The position numbers were made by a program, and so were the translations under genes. The notes beneath the pieces are model-generated. The model ran no database searches, was not told the DNA's origin, and was given only the letters and a program-made list of their open reading frames with translations. Positions 29,543 through 39,406 of a stretch of DNA of 64,000 nucleotides are shown piece by piece (the first letter of the stretch is position 1; the number at the start of each line of letters is the position of its first letter). Origin of the DNA: Candidatus Sulfomarinibacteraceae bacterium (lineage in GTDB: Bacteria > Acidobacteriota > Thermoanaerobaculia > Thermoanaerobaculales > Sulfomarinibacteraceae); assembly GCA_963796455.1 (NCBI GenBank), contig CAWCLO010000010.1:416001-480000 (forward strand), written 5' to 3'.

Positions 29543-30358
29543 ATGCATTCTCAACGCATTGCGGTCGCAATCGTCGCGATCCCTCTTCTCGCCGCGACGA
29601 TTGTCTGGCTCCCCGTATGGGCGTTTCTGATCGTTTTGGGCGCCGCAACGATCCTCGCCTGTGACGAATTCCTCGGTATGGCCAGGGAGGCGGGTATCGA
29701 CAACGGTCGGTGGCTTCCGTTGTTGCTCACGGCCGCGCTGTTGGCAGCCTCGTGGTCACATGGAGCCGCAGGACTCGCCACAGCGACCATCTCGACCCTG
29801 CTGATCCTCTCAGGGGCCCGGCTGAGCCACCAACGAGCGCCTCAAGGTGCCTTGGCGGCTATTGCTGCCGAGTCCTTTGCCGTACTCTTTGTCGGATCAA
29901 CCGCCGCCTGTCTGGGTTGGCTTCGACTCTTGCCGGCAGATGGTGACGGGATCCGTCTGATCATCCTTTTTCTGGTCAGCATCTGGGTCGGCGACTCCGG
30001 CGCCTACTACGTCGGCCGCCAGTTCGGTCGCCACAAGATGTCGCCTCGAATCAGCCCCAACAAGACCATCGAGGGGCTGTTGGGTGGAATCGCCGCCACA
30101 ATTGCGGTGGTGTTTATTGGAGTCCACCTGCTGGAGCTCCCTTTCAGCCCCATTCATACCGCAGCGATCGCGACCATTCTTGCCATCGCGGCACCATTGG
30201 GTGACCTTGTGGAGTCTCAATTCAAACGGGACAGCGGTGTCAAAGACTCTTCGACCCTGCTTCCGGGGCATGGCGGTTTCCTCGATAGAACCGACAGTCT
30301 CTTCTACGCGGCGCCTCCGGTGCTCGGTTATCTTCTTCTGGCCGGCCTCATCGGATGA
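29543..30358 (+). CDS. cdsA: Phosphatidate cytidylyltransferase
   Basis: DSGAY, SPNKTIEG, GDLVESQFKR..GVKDS..LPGHGGFLDR.DS. Confidence 0.96.
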   Translation: MHSQRIAVAIVAIPLLAATIVWLPVWAFLIVLGAATILACDEFLGMAREAGIDNGRWLPLLLTAALLAASWSHGAAGLATATISTLLILSGARLSHQRAPQGALAAIAAESFAVLFVGSTAACLGWLRLLPADGDGIRLIILFLVSIWVGDSGAYYVGRQFGRHKMSPRISPNKTIEGLLGGIAATIAVVFIGVHLLELPFSPIHTAAIATILAIAAPLGDLVESQFKRDSGVKDSSTLLPGHGGFLDRTDSLFYAAPPVLGYLLLAGLIG

Positions 30359-31539
30359 AAAAACTGGCCGTGCTCGGATCCACGGGCTCCGTGGGATCGT
30401 CAACTCTGGATATCGTCGAGTCCTTTCCAGACCGATTCGAGATCGTCGCACTGGCTGCCGGTCATCGTCTGGATGTCCTTCGACCTCAGATCGAAGCCCA
30501 TCGTCCGGCCCTCGTTGCAGTGGCCGAAATCGATGATGCCAAAAGCCTTGCGGCGGAGTATTCCGGCATCCGATTCGTCGCCGGCATGGAGGGCTTGATC
30601 GAAGTGGCCTGCCATCCGGAGTCCGCTCTCGTCGTATCCGCCCTGGTCGGCTCGATCGGGCTCGAACCGACGGTGATGGCGATTCGCGCCGGCAAGGACA
30701 TCGCCCTCGCGAACAAAGAAACCCTGGTCGTGGCGGGCGAACTGGTCATGGATGAGATCCGTCGGACCGGTGTCGAACTGCTGCCGATCGACAGCGAACA
30801 CAACGCAATCCATCAGGCACTGCAGGTCGGACCGGATGATTCGGTCAAGAGGCTCATTCTCACCGCCTCGGGAGGCCCCTTCCGCACCTGGACCGCTGAG
30901 GAAATGGCCTGTGCCACCGTCAGCGAGACCCTCCATCACCCCACCTGGCAGATGGGCCCGAAGATCTCCGTCGACTCGGCAACGATGATGAACAAGGGCC
31001 TGGAGATCATCGAAGCCCATCACCTCTTCGGTCTCTCCGAAGATCGTATCGGAGTCGTCATTCATCCCCAGAGTCTGATCCACTCCTTTGTCGAATACGT
31101 CGACGGGTCCATCATCGCCCAGATGTCGGTCAACGATATGCGTTTGCCGATTCTCTATGCCCTTTCGTGGCCGGAACGTCTTCCCAATAAAGTCCCTGCC
31201 CTCGACCTGGTCTCGGCCTCTCCCCTGACCTTTGAGCAACCCGATTCCGACCGTTTTCCAGCGCTCGGATTAGCTCGTCAAGCCGCACAGAGCGGTGGCG
31301 AGATGCCGGCGGTCCTCAACGCAGCCAACGAGATGGCGGTCGAGGCATTTCTCGAGGGCCGGTGTCCGCTGACCGCGATCTCGGCTACCGTTGAGGAGGC
31401 GCTCAGTCACTGGGCAGGTCGTAATCGACCGCTGACCAGCATCGAACAGGCGATCACCATTGACGCCGAGATTCGCGAGATTGTCGGCACAACATGGAAA
31501 TATGCGGTGGCCCTCGCGGGTTCGGAGAATCGATGTTGA
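30355..31539 (+). CDS. dxr: 1-deoxy-D-xylulose 5-phosphate reductoisomerase
   Basis: LGSTGSVG, LANKE, PIDSEH, TASGGPFR, DSATMMNKGLE. Confidence 0.97.
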   Translation: MKKLAVLGSTGSVGSSTLDIVESFPDRFEIVALAAGHRLDVLRPQIEAHRPALVAVAEIDDAKSLAAEYSGIRFVAGMEGLIEVACHPESALVVSALVGSIGLEPTVMAIRAGKDIALANKETLVVAGELVMDEIRRTGVELLPIDSEHNAIHQALQVGPDDSVKRLILTASGGPFRTWTAEEMACATVSETLHHPTWQMGPKISVDSATMMNKGLEIIEAHHLFGLSEDRIGVVIHPQSLIHSFVEYVDGSIIAQMSVNDMRLPILYALSWPERLPNKVPALDLVSASPLTFEQPDSDRFPALGLARQAAQSGGEMPAVLNAANEMAVEAFLEGRCPLTAISATVEEALSHWAGRNRPLTSIEQAITIDAEIREIVGTTWKYAVALAGSENRC

Positions 31540-32857
31540 CGCTTGCTGCTTTCATTTTCGTTATCGGGGTCTTGATCACTATCCACGAGGCCGGGCACTT
31601 CGCGGTCGCGCGATTGCTCGGAGCCCCAGTTGAAGTCTTTTCGATCGGATTCGGCAAACGGCTGTGGGGCTTTGAACGGGGCGGCACGGACTATCGGATT
31701 TCGCTCATTCCTCTCGGCGGCTATGTCCGGATCATCGGCCTCGGTCCGGATGAGTCGGATGTGATCGGCGAAAGCGAGGCGGAGCCAGAACTGCTGAGCC
31801 GCTGGAAACGCGCCCTGATCCTGCTCGCGGGTCCGGTGACAAATATCCTCGCTGCGGTCGTGTTTGTTGCCCTCGCTTTTGCCATCGGTGTCGAAGTCCC
31901 GGCCTATCGTGAAGAGGCCCCGGTGATCGGTTGGATCGCCCCAGGGTCACCCGCCGAGGATGCCGGTGTTCGAGAGGGCGATGTGGTTCGAGCGGTCGAT
32001 GGAAACGAAATGACCACCTGGGGTGATCTCGAGATATCTCTCCTGACCGCAGGTGGCGGTGAAATCGTGCTCGATGTGGAGCGAGATCACGAGCTCCAGA
32101 AGATTCCCGTCGTGCTCGATCGGGACGAGATCTATGGTTTCGGAATCTCCGGAATCGAACCGAGGATCGAAGCCGTCATTCAGCCAACCTCCGGACAACC
32201 CGCGGCCACCGCCGGCATTCAAACCGGAGATCGCATCCTCAGCATCAACGGTGAAGAGGTCCGACAGTATTACGATCTTCCGCGTTTGGTCGAGCCCCTC
32301 GCCGGACAAATGGTCACCATCGAGGTCGATCGGGACGGCCGCAAGATGCTCTTCGAGTTCGAGACCCGTAAAGAAGGGGACAAGGGCAAGATCGGGGTCG
32401 GACCCCTGTTGCCGACAATGGTCCAGAAACTCGCTCCAGTGGCAGCTATTCGAGCCGCCGCGGTCGAGTGTCAACGCATGACCTATCAAACCTTTCGCGT
32501 CATCGGCCAACTCTTCACCGGCAAAACCTCCATCCGGCAGATGTCCGGTCCGGTCGGTATCGCTCAGATCTCCGGCGACGCGGCACGGAGCGGTTTCCAG
32601 GCGCTCATCTTGTTCATGGGTGTGATTTCTCTGCAACTCGGCATCTTCAACCTTTTGCCGATTCCGATCCTCGACGGCGGACACCTCACGATCATTGCCT
32701 TTGAGAGCATCATCCGCAAAGACCTCCCGATGAAGGTCAAAGAACGCATCCTCGAGGTCGGTTTCTATCTTTTGATCCTGTTGATGGTGGTGGTGACCTT
32801 CAACGACATTGTCGTCCGCTTCCCGAGGGGGTCCGCAACTTCTTTTTCCGGGGTTAA
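31533..32857 (+). CDS. rseP: RIP metalloprotease RseP (probable true stop at 32855-32857 after a 1-nt indel)
   Basis: HEAGH, two PDZ domains, NLLPIPILDGGH; a shifted frame gives ...EGVRNFFFRG-stop. Confidence 0.9.
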
Positions 32858-32891
32858 TGGCTGGCAGTTCATCATGCTAAGGTTTGGGCCA

Positions 32892-33593
32892 ATGGCTCGT
32901 CGTCTCCTTGTCGTGCTCGTCTTCGGCGTCTGTGCGGGGATCGTCTTCTGGTTCGCGCTGGTCCAGACGGTTCACCGGGGAACGCTCGCCGTACCGGATC
33001 TCGGTGAGGCCAAGCTCGAACAGGCTCGGCGCCAACTCCACGACCTCGGTCTCGAGCTCTTGGTCGAGGATCCAGGCGTGTTCTCGACCTCGGTCAAACC
33101 GGGCGCCATCGTGATTCAGGACCCACCACCCGGTTTCCATGTCAAAGCGGGGTCGACGGTGACGGTTCGCACCAGTCTCGGTGGCGAAACCATCATCGTG
33201 CCCGATGTTCGCGAGTCCTCTCTGCAAACAGCCGAGCGTGAGGTCGAACGGGCGGGTCTGACACCCGGCGTACGCGCCAGGGTCGAAGGGAGGGGAGCCG
33301 GCGACCGCGTCATCGCCACCGGTCCCCCCGCCGGACAAAAGGTGGCGCCAATGCTGCCGGTGGATTTGCTGGTCAACACGGTGCCTCACCGCCAACTGTG
33401 GGTCATGCCCGCCTTGGTCTCGTTGCCCTTCGATCGGGTGGAGAGGTTTTGCCGATCCAATCGCCTCCGCCTCGGGCGTGCACGCGAAGTGGAATATCCC
33501 GGCATTCCTGCCGGGATCGTGCTTCGCCAGTATCCGCCTGCAGGTTCGCCGGTGGCACCCTCTGAAATCATCACGGTCTGGGTGAGCAGATGA
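32892..33593 (+). CDS. Membrane-anchored PASTA-domain protein (3 PASTA repeats)
   Basis: N-terminal TM; VPDL..., VPDV..., MPAL... repeats with QDPPPG / QYPPAG; appears fused to rseP in the ORF track. Confidence 0.82.
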   Translation: MARRLLVVLVFGVCAGIVFWFALVQTVHRGTLAVPDLGEAKLEQARRQLHDLGLELLVEDPGVFSTSVKPGAIVIQDPPPGFHVKAGSTVTVRTSLGGETIIVPDVRESSLQTAEREVERAGLTPGVRARVEGRGAGDRVIATGPPAGQKVAPMLPVDLLVNTVPHRQLWVMPALVSLPFDRVERFCRSNRLRLGRAREVEYPGIPAGIVLRQYPPAGSPVAPSEIITVWVSR

Positions 33594-34255
33594 GCGTCCG
33601 GATTTCTCCGTCCCTGCTTTCGGCCGATTTTTCAAATCTCGCGAGCGAAATCGCCGACGTCGAACGGGCCGGTGCCGACCTCCTCCATCTCGATATCATG
33701 GACGGCCATTTCGTCCCCAACCTCACCTTCGGACCACCGGTGGTGGCTGCCCTCGCACGAAACAGCACCGTGCCGCTGGACGCACACCTGATGGTCACCG
33801 ATCCGGACGCGCTCATCGACGATCTCGCTGCCGCTTCGGTGGCGCGCATCGCGGTTCACGTCGAGGCCTGTGTCCATCTTCAGCGCACCCTGCAACGAAT
33901 CCGTGATGCTGGTATCGAAGCCGGAGTCGCGATCAACCCGGCAACTGCTTTACCGGCACTCGAGGAAGCCTTGAATTGGGCTGATTTCGTGTTGATCATG
34001 TCGGTCAACCCGGGCTTCGGCGGGCAAGCCTTCATTCCCGAGAGCCTCGACAAGATCCGGCGACTGCGCCTGTTGGCCGGAGAGCGCTCGTTGGACATCG
34101 CGGTGGACGGCGGCGTCTGCGCGGACAACGCAGCTTCGCTCGTCGACGCGGGCGCTACAACATTAATTGCCGGCTCAGCCGTTTTTGGCGCCGATGACCG
34201 CAGGCTCGCGGTCGAAAATCTGCGGCGGGCCGGGTCACAAGGGAGCACACGATGA
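33590..34255 (+). CDS. rpe: Ribulose-phosphate 3-epimerase
   Basis: SPSLLSADF, HLDIMDGHFVPNLTFG, MSVNPGFGGQ, VDGG. Confidence 0.97.
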   Translation: MSVRISPSLLSADFSNLASEIADVERAGADLLHLDIMDGHFVPNLTFGPPVVAALARNSTVPLDAHLMVTDPDALIDDLAAASVARIAVHVEACVHLQRTLQRIRDAGIEAGVAINPATALPALEEALNWADFVLIMSVNPGFGGQAFIPESLDKIRRLRLLAGERSLDIAVDGGVCADNAASLVDAGATTLIAGSAVFGADDRRLAVENLRRAGSQGSTR

Positions 34256-34996
34256 AGGGTTTTCAGCGGCTCACGCCGCTTGTAATCTTGCCGCTCGTCC
34301 TAATGATGATCGGTTGTTCGAGCAAAAGCGGTCAAGAGCGACCAGGTCCTCGATCAATTGGCCAACCTCGACAAAGAGACGATCTTCGAACAGGCTGAAG
34401 AACTGTACGAAGCAAAGGACTACGCCAAGGCCCGCGACCTCTTCGCATTTGTATATGACAGTTTTCCAAACGACCCGCTCGGCCACAAAGCGGCCCTCCG
34501 CGTCGCCGATACGTTTGCGGCCAAGAACGATGTGACGAATCTCACAGAAGCACGGCTTCGTTATCGCGATTTTGCGAACCGTTACCCAAACGATCCAGAC
34601 CGCGATTATGCCCTTCTCATGGTGGGTCACACCTACAGCGCTCGCAAGCTCCGGGCGGACCGAGATCTCAGCGATATTCAGGAATCCCTGGCCGCATATG
34701 AACAGCTGATGAATCTCTATCCGAATTCTCCTCACGCAGCAGAGGCAGCGTCTAGGATCTACGATCTAACGGAGTTACTGGCAGATCATGAGTGGTTAGT
34801 CGCACAGTTTTACACACGAAATAAACGATACGTTGGAGCATTGTGGCGCCTCGAATATATTCGTGAAAACTACGCAAATTACTCCGAAATCGACGCGGTG
34901 AACGCCAAAATTTCTGATCTGGAAACTCTTCTGACACAACGAGAAGAAGACTGGAAAAAGCAACTGGAAGAATTAAAAAAAGAGGGCGAGGATTGA
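34252..34996 (+). CDS. bamD: Outer membrane assembly lipoprotein BamD (frameshift near 34325)
   Basis: Lipoprotein signal MKGFQ...LMMIGC in one frame, TPR body (YRDFANRYP, YPNSPHA, VAQFY) in another. Confidence 0.82.
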
Positions 34997-35055
34997 CGGA
35001 TAGGCGGGCCATAGGTTAACCTCAAGTAGTGGTTTCTTTACCCGGGAGAGGGCTT

Positions 35056-36144
35056 ATGAGCGCCATGATTCGGTTCGCTATCATCGCCGTTTTTCTGCCC
35101 ATAGCGGTCGCGGCGCAGGGTGTTGCACCGCCGCCGCAGCCACTGCATTTTGTCAACGATCACTGGACACCTTATGATCCACCAACCGAGTTTCCAGAAG
35201 GCGCCATGGTGCACACCATCGTCAAGGGAGACACTTTGTGGGATCTCGCGGCTCATTATCTCGGGGATCCATTCCTCTGGCCGCAAATCTGGGAACGTAA
35301 CCCCTACATCAAGGATTCGCACTGGATCTACCCTGGAGATCCGCTGCTGATCGATCTCGCGGTCGAGGACGCCTACATGCCGGAAGAGGAAGTGCCGGCC
35401 GACGAGATGGTGACCTCGGACTATTCGGGCGACCTTGACGACCTCGATATGGAGATGCCGCATCCGCTCGGATCTTCGGCCGATGTCTACTGTTTCGTCG
35501 AGCTCGTTCAGGATGACAGCGGCTACCCCTTCGCCATCCACTCCGCCGAGCGGATATTGACCCAGGACCAGTTCTCAGAAGGAGATATTCTCTATCTCGA
35601 CGGCGGCGCCGCTCAGGGCGTTCAAGCCGGCGATCGCTTCTTTGTTCTGCACGAAGGCCGCAATCTGCACCATCCGGTGTCCAACTCGCACCTCGGCAAG
35701 CTCTACCACCAGGTTGGTCAGTTGAGGGTTCTGTGCGCACAGGAAAACACTTCGATCGCGGAAGTGACCTATGCATGCGATCCGATCGTCATCGGTGACA
35801 GGCTCAAAGCCTTTGCTCCGGTACCCGTGCCGCTGGTCATCGATCCCGATCGAACCGATCGTTGCGATGTGCCGAATGGCAAACCAATCGGCAACATCAC
35901 CTATAACCGCGATGATCAAATCGATATCGGGACCCATTGGTTGGTCCTCATCGATCTCGGCGCTGCCGACGGACTCTATGCCGGAGATTTTGCCACGGTC
36001 TACATCGACAACCCGGTTGCGGGCATGCCGCGCCTGGTGATGGGCGAACTCGGCCTGCTGCGCGTCGAGGAGAACTACTCGACCGCCCTGGTGACCTATT
36101 CCTGGCAGCCCCTGTCGGTTGGCCAGCGGGTCGAAATCAAATAA
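35056..36144 (+). CDS. Secreted LysM peptidoglycan-binding protein
   Basis: Signal peptide; HTIVKGDTLWDLA..YLGDPFLWPQIWERNPYIKDSHWIYPGD. Confidence 0.9.
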   Translation: MSAMIRFAIIAVFLPIAVAAQGVAPPPQPLHFVNDHWTPYDPPTEFPEGAMVHTIVKGDTLWDLAAHYLGDPFLWPQIWERNPYIKDSHWIYPGDPLLIDLAVEDAYMPEEEVPADEMVTSDYSGDLDDLDMEMPHPLGSSADVYCFVELVQDDSGYPFAIHSAERILTQDQFSEGDILYLDGGAAQGVQAGDRFFVLHEGRNLHHPVSNSHLGKLYHQVGQLRVLCAQENTSIAEVTYACDPIVIGDRLKAFAPVPVPLVIDPDRTDRCDVPNGKPIGNITYNRDDQIDIGTHWLVLIDLGAADGLYAGDFATVYIDNPVAGMPRLVMGELGLLRVEENYSTALVTYSWQPLSVGQRVEIK

Positions 36145-36164
36145 TTCCCTCCTTTCACGGATCG

Positions 36165-36197
36165 AAAAGGGGACTCCCGCGGGAGTCCCCATTTTTT
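36165..36197 (+). terminator. Intrinsic (possibly bidirectional) terminator
   Basis: AAAA-GGGGACTCCC-GC-GGGAGTCCCC-ATTTTTT. Confidence 0.8.
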
Positions 36198-36214
36198 GCT
36201 GCTATGCTGCCCGA

Positions 36215-36694
36215 ATGCTCCCCGAATGGGTTTTTGACGGCGACGATCTCACATTCATGACCGAGGCGATCGCCGAGGCCGAGGCCGCCGGTGCACGCGG
36301 AGAAGTGCCGGTTGGAGCGGTGGTCGTACGAGACGGTGAAATCATCGCCCGCGCCGGCAATCGCCGCCGCGAACGGGCGGATCCATCCGGCCACGCCGAG
36401 CTCCTCGCGCTCCGCGAAGCCGGAGCGTTGATCGGCGATTGGCGTCTCGAAACCTGCTCCCTCTATGTGACCCTCGAGCCGTGCCCCATGTGTGCTTCCG
36501 CCTGTCGTCAGGCCCGGCTCCAGATGCTCGTCTGGGGAGCCGAAGACCCCACCCTCGGTGCCTGCGGAACCGTCCTCGATCTCGCCGGCGACCCGCGGCT
36601 CGGTCGAGGGCTCACCCAACGAGGGGGCCTCGCGGCAGATGCCTGTGGCGCCCTTCTCAAAAGCTTCTTTGCCAAACAACGCCAATCATCGTAG
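36215..36694 (+). CDS. tadA: tRNA adenosine(34) deaminase
   Basis: [21 protein letters not shown]. Confidence 0.92.
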   Translation: MLPEWVFDGDDLTFMTEAIAEAEAAGARGEVPVGAVVVRDGEIIARAGNRRRERADPSGHAELLALREAGALIGDWRLETCSLYVTLEPCPMCASACRQARLQMLVWGAEDPTLGACGTVLDLAGDPRLGRGLTQRGGLAADACGALLKSFFAKQRQSS

Positions 36695-36712
36695 AATACG
36701 AAGCCCGATCGC

Positions 36713-36802
36713 GGAGAGGTGCCGGAGTGGTCGATCGGGGCGGTCTCGAAAACCGTTGACCTTTCACGAGGTCCAAGGGTTCGAATCCCTTCCTCTCCGC
36801 CA
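36713..36802 (+). tRNA. tRNA-Ser(CGA)
   Basis: GGAGAGG acceptor, GCGGT-CTCGAAA-ACCGT anticodon arm, long variable arm, CCA. Confidence 0.95.
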
Positions 36803-36826
36803 TATTCTTTGACATCGTTATGTTGT

Positions 36827-36916
<90 letters not shown>

Positions 36917-36935
36917 CTCCAACCGCAGCGACCGA

Positions 36936-37056
36936 GCCCGGCATGGAGCTCGGGCCCTGTGCATCGTCGTCCTTCGAACCGTGTCAGACCCGGAAGGGAG
37001 CAGCACTAAGGGGGAACACGGCGAGTGCCGCAGGTTGCCTGGGCTCCATGGCGGGC
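36936..37056 (+). ncRNA. ffs: Small bacterial SRP RNA (4.5S)
   Basis: Domain IV motif GTCAGACCCGGAAGGGAGCAGC inside a long hairpin; tadA-tRNA-Ser-ffs synteny. Confidence 0.9.
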
Positions 37057-37118
37057 TTGTTATGCAATTTCGGCCGGTGGATCCGAGCTCTGTGGTGGGT
37101 CTTTCCTCTCGATCGCCA

Positions 37119-37182
37119 CCTGGACTCCAGACCGCTGCCGCTGAAGACTGATCGCCGACCGCTGTTCTCTGTCGCTGGACAC
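37119..37182 (-). repeat. Third degenerate relic of the four-helix-bundle cassette leader
   Basis: Shares CCTGGACTCC, CTGATCGC, GACCGCTGT, CTGTCGCTG and CGCTGGACAC with the reverse complement of 22150-22245. Confidence 0.55.
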
Positions 37183-37258
37183 CGTCGTCGATCCTCAATA
37201 CCGGGGGCTGCAGCCGCAAGTTGGAAACTGGTACGCGGCAACTGCAAACCGGAGTGCT

Positions 37259-38350
37259 TCAAGAAAAAACCGTCGGGAACCCCTCGAGGATTGCTGCTGC
37301 GGCCATCTCCGCGCCGCTCGGTGACGACCGGGCGGTCAGTCGCTCGGCTGCCAGATCATCTATTTGTGCAAGCCACGATCCATCCAGCAACGCCTGTTCG
37401 CTGATGCACCTGGCCGTCATGTTCTCCTCGACCCAGTTGGCGAGCACCGGCGATTCCGGGAACTGCGGCCGTTCGACATAGGCAATCGCCGAACCGGCAA
37501 TCGAGGTCTCTGCGACCGTGCTGTAGCCGAGTTTGCCCACGACCACGTCTGCGGCCGCCACCAGATCCGGATGATGGAAGGAGGAATGGAATGGGAGCAA
37601 TAACAGACGGCCGCGCCGCTCCGGTTGCTCCCGGGCTCCACCCGGAACCACGACCCACGAATCCGAGAACTCTTCAACGGACCTGAAACCGCTGTAATCC
37701 CAAGGTATCCCGCCCATGCTGACCAGGACCATGCGGCCATCAATCGGGACCCCGAGGCGCTGCCGGACCGTGCTTGCGTCAAGGGTCGGTGTCCGAGCCA
37801 CAGGAGGAACCTGGATGGCTGTGGCGAGCCGATTGCATACGGGCTCGGTCTGTATTCTCAGATCTGCGGAGACAAAGATCTCGGCGAGTCTCTGGCTGTG
37901 AGACCGCAACCCCGCCGGTGGGTCCGGGTAGTTGAGATAGATCCAGTCCCAGGTGAAATTTTCGATCAAGACCGCCGGCAGGCCCGCCGAGGTCGCGGCA
38001 GCCAGCCCGAGCGGCGAGATATCATTGATGACGATGGATGACCCGAGCGAAGCCAGGGTCTCGGCCACCCGAGCAACCCGCGTCGGGTCGGACCAGACTT
38101 CGTCGAGGCGGGAAACCGTTGCCTCGAGATCCTCCTTCAGGGGTGATAGCTGGACCAGGCCGATATCGCTCTCGAGACGGTGATAGGTGAATTCGCCCGC
38201 CAGAGATTCCGCGAAAAACCACTCCGGAACCTCGGTCAATACATCGATCTGAATATCGGGTCGTTGCCGAACGATCTCGGTCATCACCGCGCAGGCCCTC
38301 GCGGCATGCCCGAATCCGTGCGGGGAAACGAAGTAGGCCACTCGTTTCAT
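37259..38350 (-). CDS. GT-B glycosyltransferase-like protein (resembles the N-terminal domain of L-arabinokinase)
   Basis: YFVSPHGFGHAAR, ENFTWDWIY, DLVAAADVVVGKLGYSTVAE. Confidence 0.75.
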   Translation of the reverse strand: MKRVAYFVSPHGFGHAARACAVMTEIVRQRPDIQIDVLTEVPEWFFAESLAGEFTYHRLESDIGLVQLSPLKEDLEATVSRLDEVWSDPTRVARVAETLASLGSSIVINDISPLGLAAATSAGLPAVLIENFTWDWIYLNYPDPPAGLRSHSQRLAEIFVSADLRIQTEPVCNRLATAIQVPPVARTPTLDASTVRQRLGVPIDGRMVLVSMGGIPWDYSGFRSVEEFSDSWVVVPGGAREQPERRGRLLLLPFHSSFHHPDLVAAADVVVGKLGYSTVAETSIAGSAIAYVERPQFPESPVLANWVEENMTARCISEQALLDGSWLAQIDDLAAERLTARSSPSGAEMAAAAILEGFPTVFS

Positions 38351-38502
38351 GGCCGCCGAGTGTACTACGCCGTTCCGGCTCTCCGATTCTCTCCGCCGAG
38401 GTTGGTCAACAGGCTCGAGACCCGCGAAACACAGCGCTGGCAACCATTGACGGCGGATTGAGAAAACCACAGGGCCAAAGCCATACGTGGTACGATGACC
38501 CT

Positions 38503-39357
38503 GTGAAACAGACCAAGATTGTTTTCCTTATCGTGTTGATGTCGGTGTCGCTTGCCTCGGCCCAGAGTGCATCCAGCCGGGCATGGCAACAACGTCTCGA
38601 GGTCGAGATTCCCCTGCCGGTACCGGTGGTTGAGCTGAAATCAATCAACCCCTTCGCGGTCGCCGTCGACGAACCGCCGGTTCTCAACGAGTCGGTACCG
38701 CCGCGAAAGGTCGATATCAGTGGAACGGCGACCGTGGCAGCTTTTGTCGACGCCAAAGGGGAGAGCCTTGGGGCCGTGCCGCTGGCGCTGCCCTTCCCCG
38801 GTCTGACCGGGTCCCTGGTTTCCTCCTTGACCGGCAGCCGTTTTGATCCGGCCATGTCCGGGAACGCGCCGCAACCCTCATGGGTCGTTTTGGATATCGT
38901 CCTTGCCGGCAGAGTCAAGGTGGCCGAGGTCGTTGAATTCAACTTCGAACTTCCAAACCCTGAAGCACCGCCGACCCCCCGGCAACCGGTGGAGATGTCG
39001 CCGCCGGGTTCCCTCCGTAATCTGAAGGCGACTCCACACTCACAACTCAGTTCGCTGGCGACTCCCCGAAGGGTCAAGGTGAACGCCGGCGGACGAGACG
39101 ACGAGATCCAGGTCAGGGCGCTGGTCCATGTCACCGAGACCGGAAAATGTGACCGTTATGTCCCGCTCGAGCTCGATGAGGGCCTCAATCGTTGGGTCTC
39201 CGCGTTCCTCGCGACCTGGAAATTGAAGCCGGCCACCCTCGGTGGCGAAGCGGTAGCCTCGTGGGTCGTCTATACAGCGAGAATCAACATGGAGCTTTCG
39301 GGTCTCGATTCCCAGTCGTCCAGGGTTGTTTCCGACCGCGAATACGTCCCACGATAA
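38503..39357 (+). CDS. Secreted protein with two TonB-C-like domains
   Basis: Signal peptide; two halves ending SRFDPAMSGNAPQPSWV and WKLKPATLGGEAVASWV. Confidence 0.55.
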   Translation: MKQTKIVFLIVLMSVSLASAQSASSRAWQQRLEVEIPLPVPVVELKSINPFAVAVDEPPVLNESVPPRKVDISGTATVAAFVDAKGESLGAVPLALPFPGLTGSLVSSLTGSRFDPAMSGNAPQPSWVVLDIVLAGRVKVAEVVEFNFELPNPEAPPTPRQPVEMSPPGSLRNLKATPHSQLSSLATPRRVKVNAGGRDDEIQVRALVHVTETGKCDRYVPLELDEGLNRWVSAFLATWKLKPATLGGEAVASWVVYTARINMELSGLDSQSSRVVSDREYVPR

Positions 39358-39406
39358 GCTGCGACTCGGCGACCAACCCGTTTTCCCAAACTCCAGGGCC
39401 GTGTCT

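Noticed and set aside
34310..34340. bamD split as a pseudogene or programmed frameshift
   Set aside because: The shift falls in a short A-run of a normally essential gene; sequencing error is far more likely
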